Positions 54,737 through 56,116 of a stretch of 56,116 bases of DNA are shown here, piece after piece. Numbering within the stretch: position 1 is the first letter of the stretch; every line of letters begins with the position of its first letter. The notes under the pieces were generated by a model that had not been told where the DNA came from, ran no database searches, and saw only the letters and a list, made by a program, of their open reading frames with translations. The translations under genes were made by a program, and so were the position numbers. Source of the stretch: Elusimicrobiota bacterium (GTDB lineage: Bacteria > Elusimicrobiota > Elusimicrobia > Elusimicrobiales > UBA9959); the NCBI GenBank assembly GCA_027340875.1, contig DAIENX010000076.1, forward strand, positions 1 to 56,116. The letters are read 5' to 3'.

Positions 54737-55642
54737 ATGCCGGTAACCGTAACCTGTTCCTGCGGCGCCGTGTACCACCTCAAGGACGAATACGCCGGGG
54801 AGGCGCTCTCCTGCCCCCGCTGCGACGCGCCCGTGCGCGTGCCCAGGCTGCCGCCGCCCCCGCCGGTGAAGGCCCAGGAGGGGGACCCCGTCTTCGCCCG
54901 CGACAAGTTCCTGCTTAACGAGCGCCATTTTGGCGTAAGCGAGAAGTATTCCGTGGCCGATCCGGACGGCAGGCCGCTGCTCTTCGTGGAGCGCCCGAAT
55001 TACCCGTTCCTGAACGTGCTGGCCTACCTGGGCGGGGTCGCGCTGGGGACGGCGAACTTCCTGGGGTCTTCGGTCGTGTATTACCTGGTCAGGCGCGGCG
55101 GCCAGCCTTTGACCACGCAGGTGCTGGCCGCGGCCTGGTGCTACCTGGGCTCGACGCTGCTGGCCGTTCTGGGCATAATGACCTTCCCGCGCCGGCGCCA
55201 CGTGACGGTGTACCGGGACGACAGCCGCCGCGAAACGCTGCTCAGGATAACCCAGGACCGCCGCCTGCAGCTCTTCAGCGCCTCCTACACCCTTTCGGAC
55301 CAGGACGGCAAGGTCCTCGCCCGGCTGATGAAGAAGCGCCTGCGTAATATATTCCGCAAGCGCTGGTACTGCCTGGCCCCGGACGGCTCCGTGATGTTCA
55401 TCGCCCGGGAGGACTCCATGATACTCTCGGTGCTGCGCCGGCTCACGCTGGGCTTCTTCGGCTTCTTCCACACCGATTTCGTGCTCTACGGGCCCGGCTG
55501 GCGCGTGCTGGGGGAATTCAACCGCCGGGCCACCTTGCTGGACCGCTACGTGCTGGACCTCGCCCCCGACGCCCTGCGCTCGGCCGACAGGCGGGCAGCG
55601 CTGGCGCTCGGGGTGATGCTCGACACCGGGGAGGGCCGCTGA
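54737..55642 (+). CDS. Zn-ribbon plus scramblase/LURP-one (tubby C-terminal-like) membrane protein
   Basis: CSCG...CPRC Zn ribbon, polyproline linker, two TM helices, DRYVLDL...DRRAALALGVMLDTGE C-terminus. Confidence 0.7.
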   Translation: MPVTVTCSCGAVYHLKDEYAGEALSCPRCDAPVRVPRLPPPPPVKAQEGDPVFARDKFLLNERHFGVSEKYSVADPDGRPLLFVERPNYPFLNVLAYLGGVALGTANFLGSSVVYYLVRRGGQPLTTQVLAAAWCYLGSTLLAVLGIMTFPRRRHVTVYRDDSRRETLLRITQDRRLQLFSASYTLSDQDGKVLARLMKKRLRNIFRKRWYCLAPDGSVMFIAREDSMILSVLRRLTLGFFGFFHTDFVLYGPGWRVLGEFNRRATLLDRYVLDLAPDALRSADRRAALALGVMLDTGEGR

Positions 55643-56116
55643 TGCCGCTGGGCATGAGGAAGATAACCCCGGACATGCTGGCGGCGGACCCGTTCCGGCT
55701 GACCACGATAGATTTCGAGAAGGACATGTCCGCGGCCCCGGTGGTGGCCCTCTCGCTGATAGCCGTGAACGCGGCCGCCTACGCGTGGGAACTGGCCGTC
55801 GGCGCACTGCGCAGCAAGGCCGCCATCATAGCCGCCGGCGCCGTGGTGGGAGACCGCGTCTTCTCCGGCGAAAGCTGGCGCCTGGCCACAGGCATGTTCC
55901 TGCACGCCAATTTCAGCCACCTGTTCGGCAACTGCGCCGCCCTTTACATGCTGGGCATGGCAGCCGAGCAGGCCTGGGGCCGTACCCGCACGCTGGCCAT
56001 CTACGTGGCCGGCGGCCTGGCCTCCTCGCTGCTGGCCGCAAGCATGCAGCCCAAGCCTTCGGTCGGAGCCTCCGGCGCCATCTTCGGACTGTTCGGCGTG
56101 GTGGTGGTCTTCTTCG
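55642..56116 (+). CDS. Rhomboid intramembrane serine protease (truncated by window end)
   Basis: Manual translation: GESWRLATGMFLHANFSHLFGN...SVGASGAIFG. Confidence 0.9.
   Translation, partial: MPLGMRKITPDMLAADPFRLTTIDFEKDMSAAPVVALSLIAVNAAAYAWELAVGALRSKAAIIAAGAVVGDRVFSGESWRLATGMFLHANFSHLFGNCAALYMLGMAAEQAWGRTRTLAIYVAGGLASSLLAASMQPKPSVGASGAIFGLFGVVVVFF

Overview
High-GC bacterial chromosomal window with no integrase, transposase, phage or CRISPR signature. Gene content (PorV-like barrel, T9SS-CTD-like cargo, GYF_2-like membrane protein, long coiled-coil protein) is reminiscent of Elusimicrobiota, but this taxonomy is inferred. Housekeeping genes: mnmA, ddl, surA/ppiC-pdxA, PBP1A, alr, mfd, tmRNA, sppA, nnrE, tilS, a complete phoBR-porin-pstSCAB-phoU locus with Pho boxes, apbE-like, alaS and tRNA-Arg(CCG). 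Most notable observations: (1) four diverged copies of an unnamed structured intergenic element with strong base-pair covariation; (2) an flbD-motA-motB-lipoprotein operon with atypical channel residues and no flagellar genes in the window, next to a PPG-rich coiled-coil protein and near a GYF-like membrane protein; (3) a GEMM-I riboswitch with A20 (c-AMP-GMP-type signature) upstream of a Kelch/ZU5/T9SS-CTD-like cargo and a PorV-like barrel; (4) a ~195-nt multibranch RNA with a boxA-like motif directly upstream of a tmRNA whose tag ends unusually in -AHA; (5) an in-frame TAG in surA; (6) many apparently leaderless genes.
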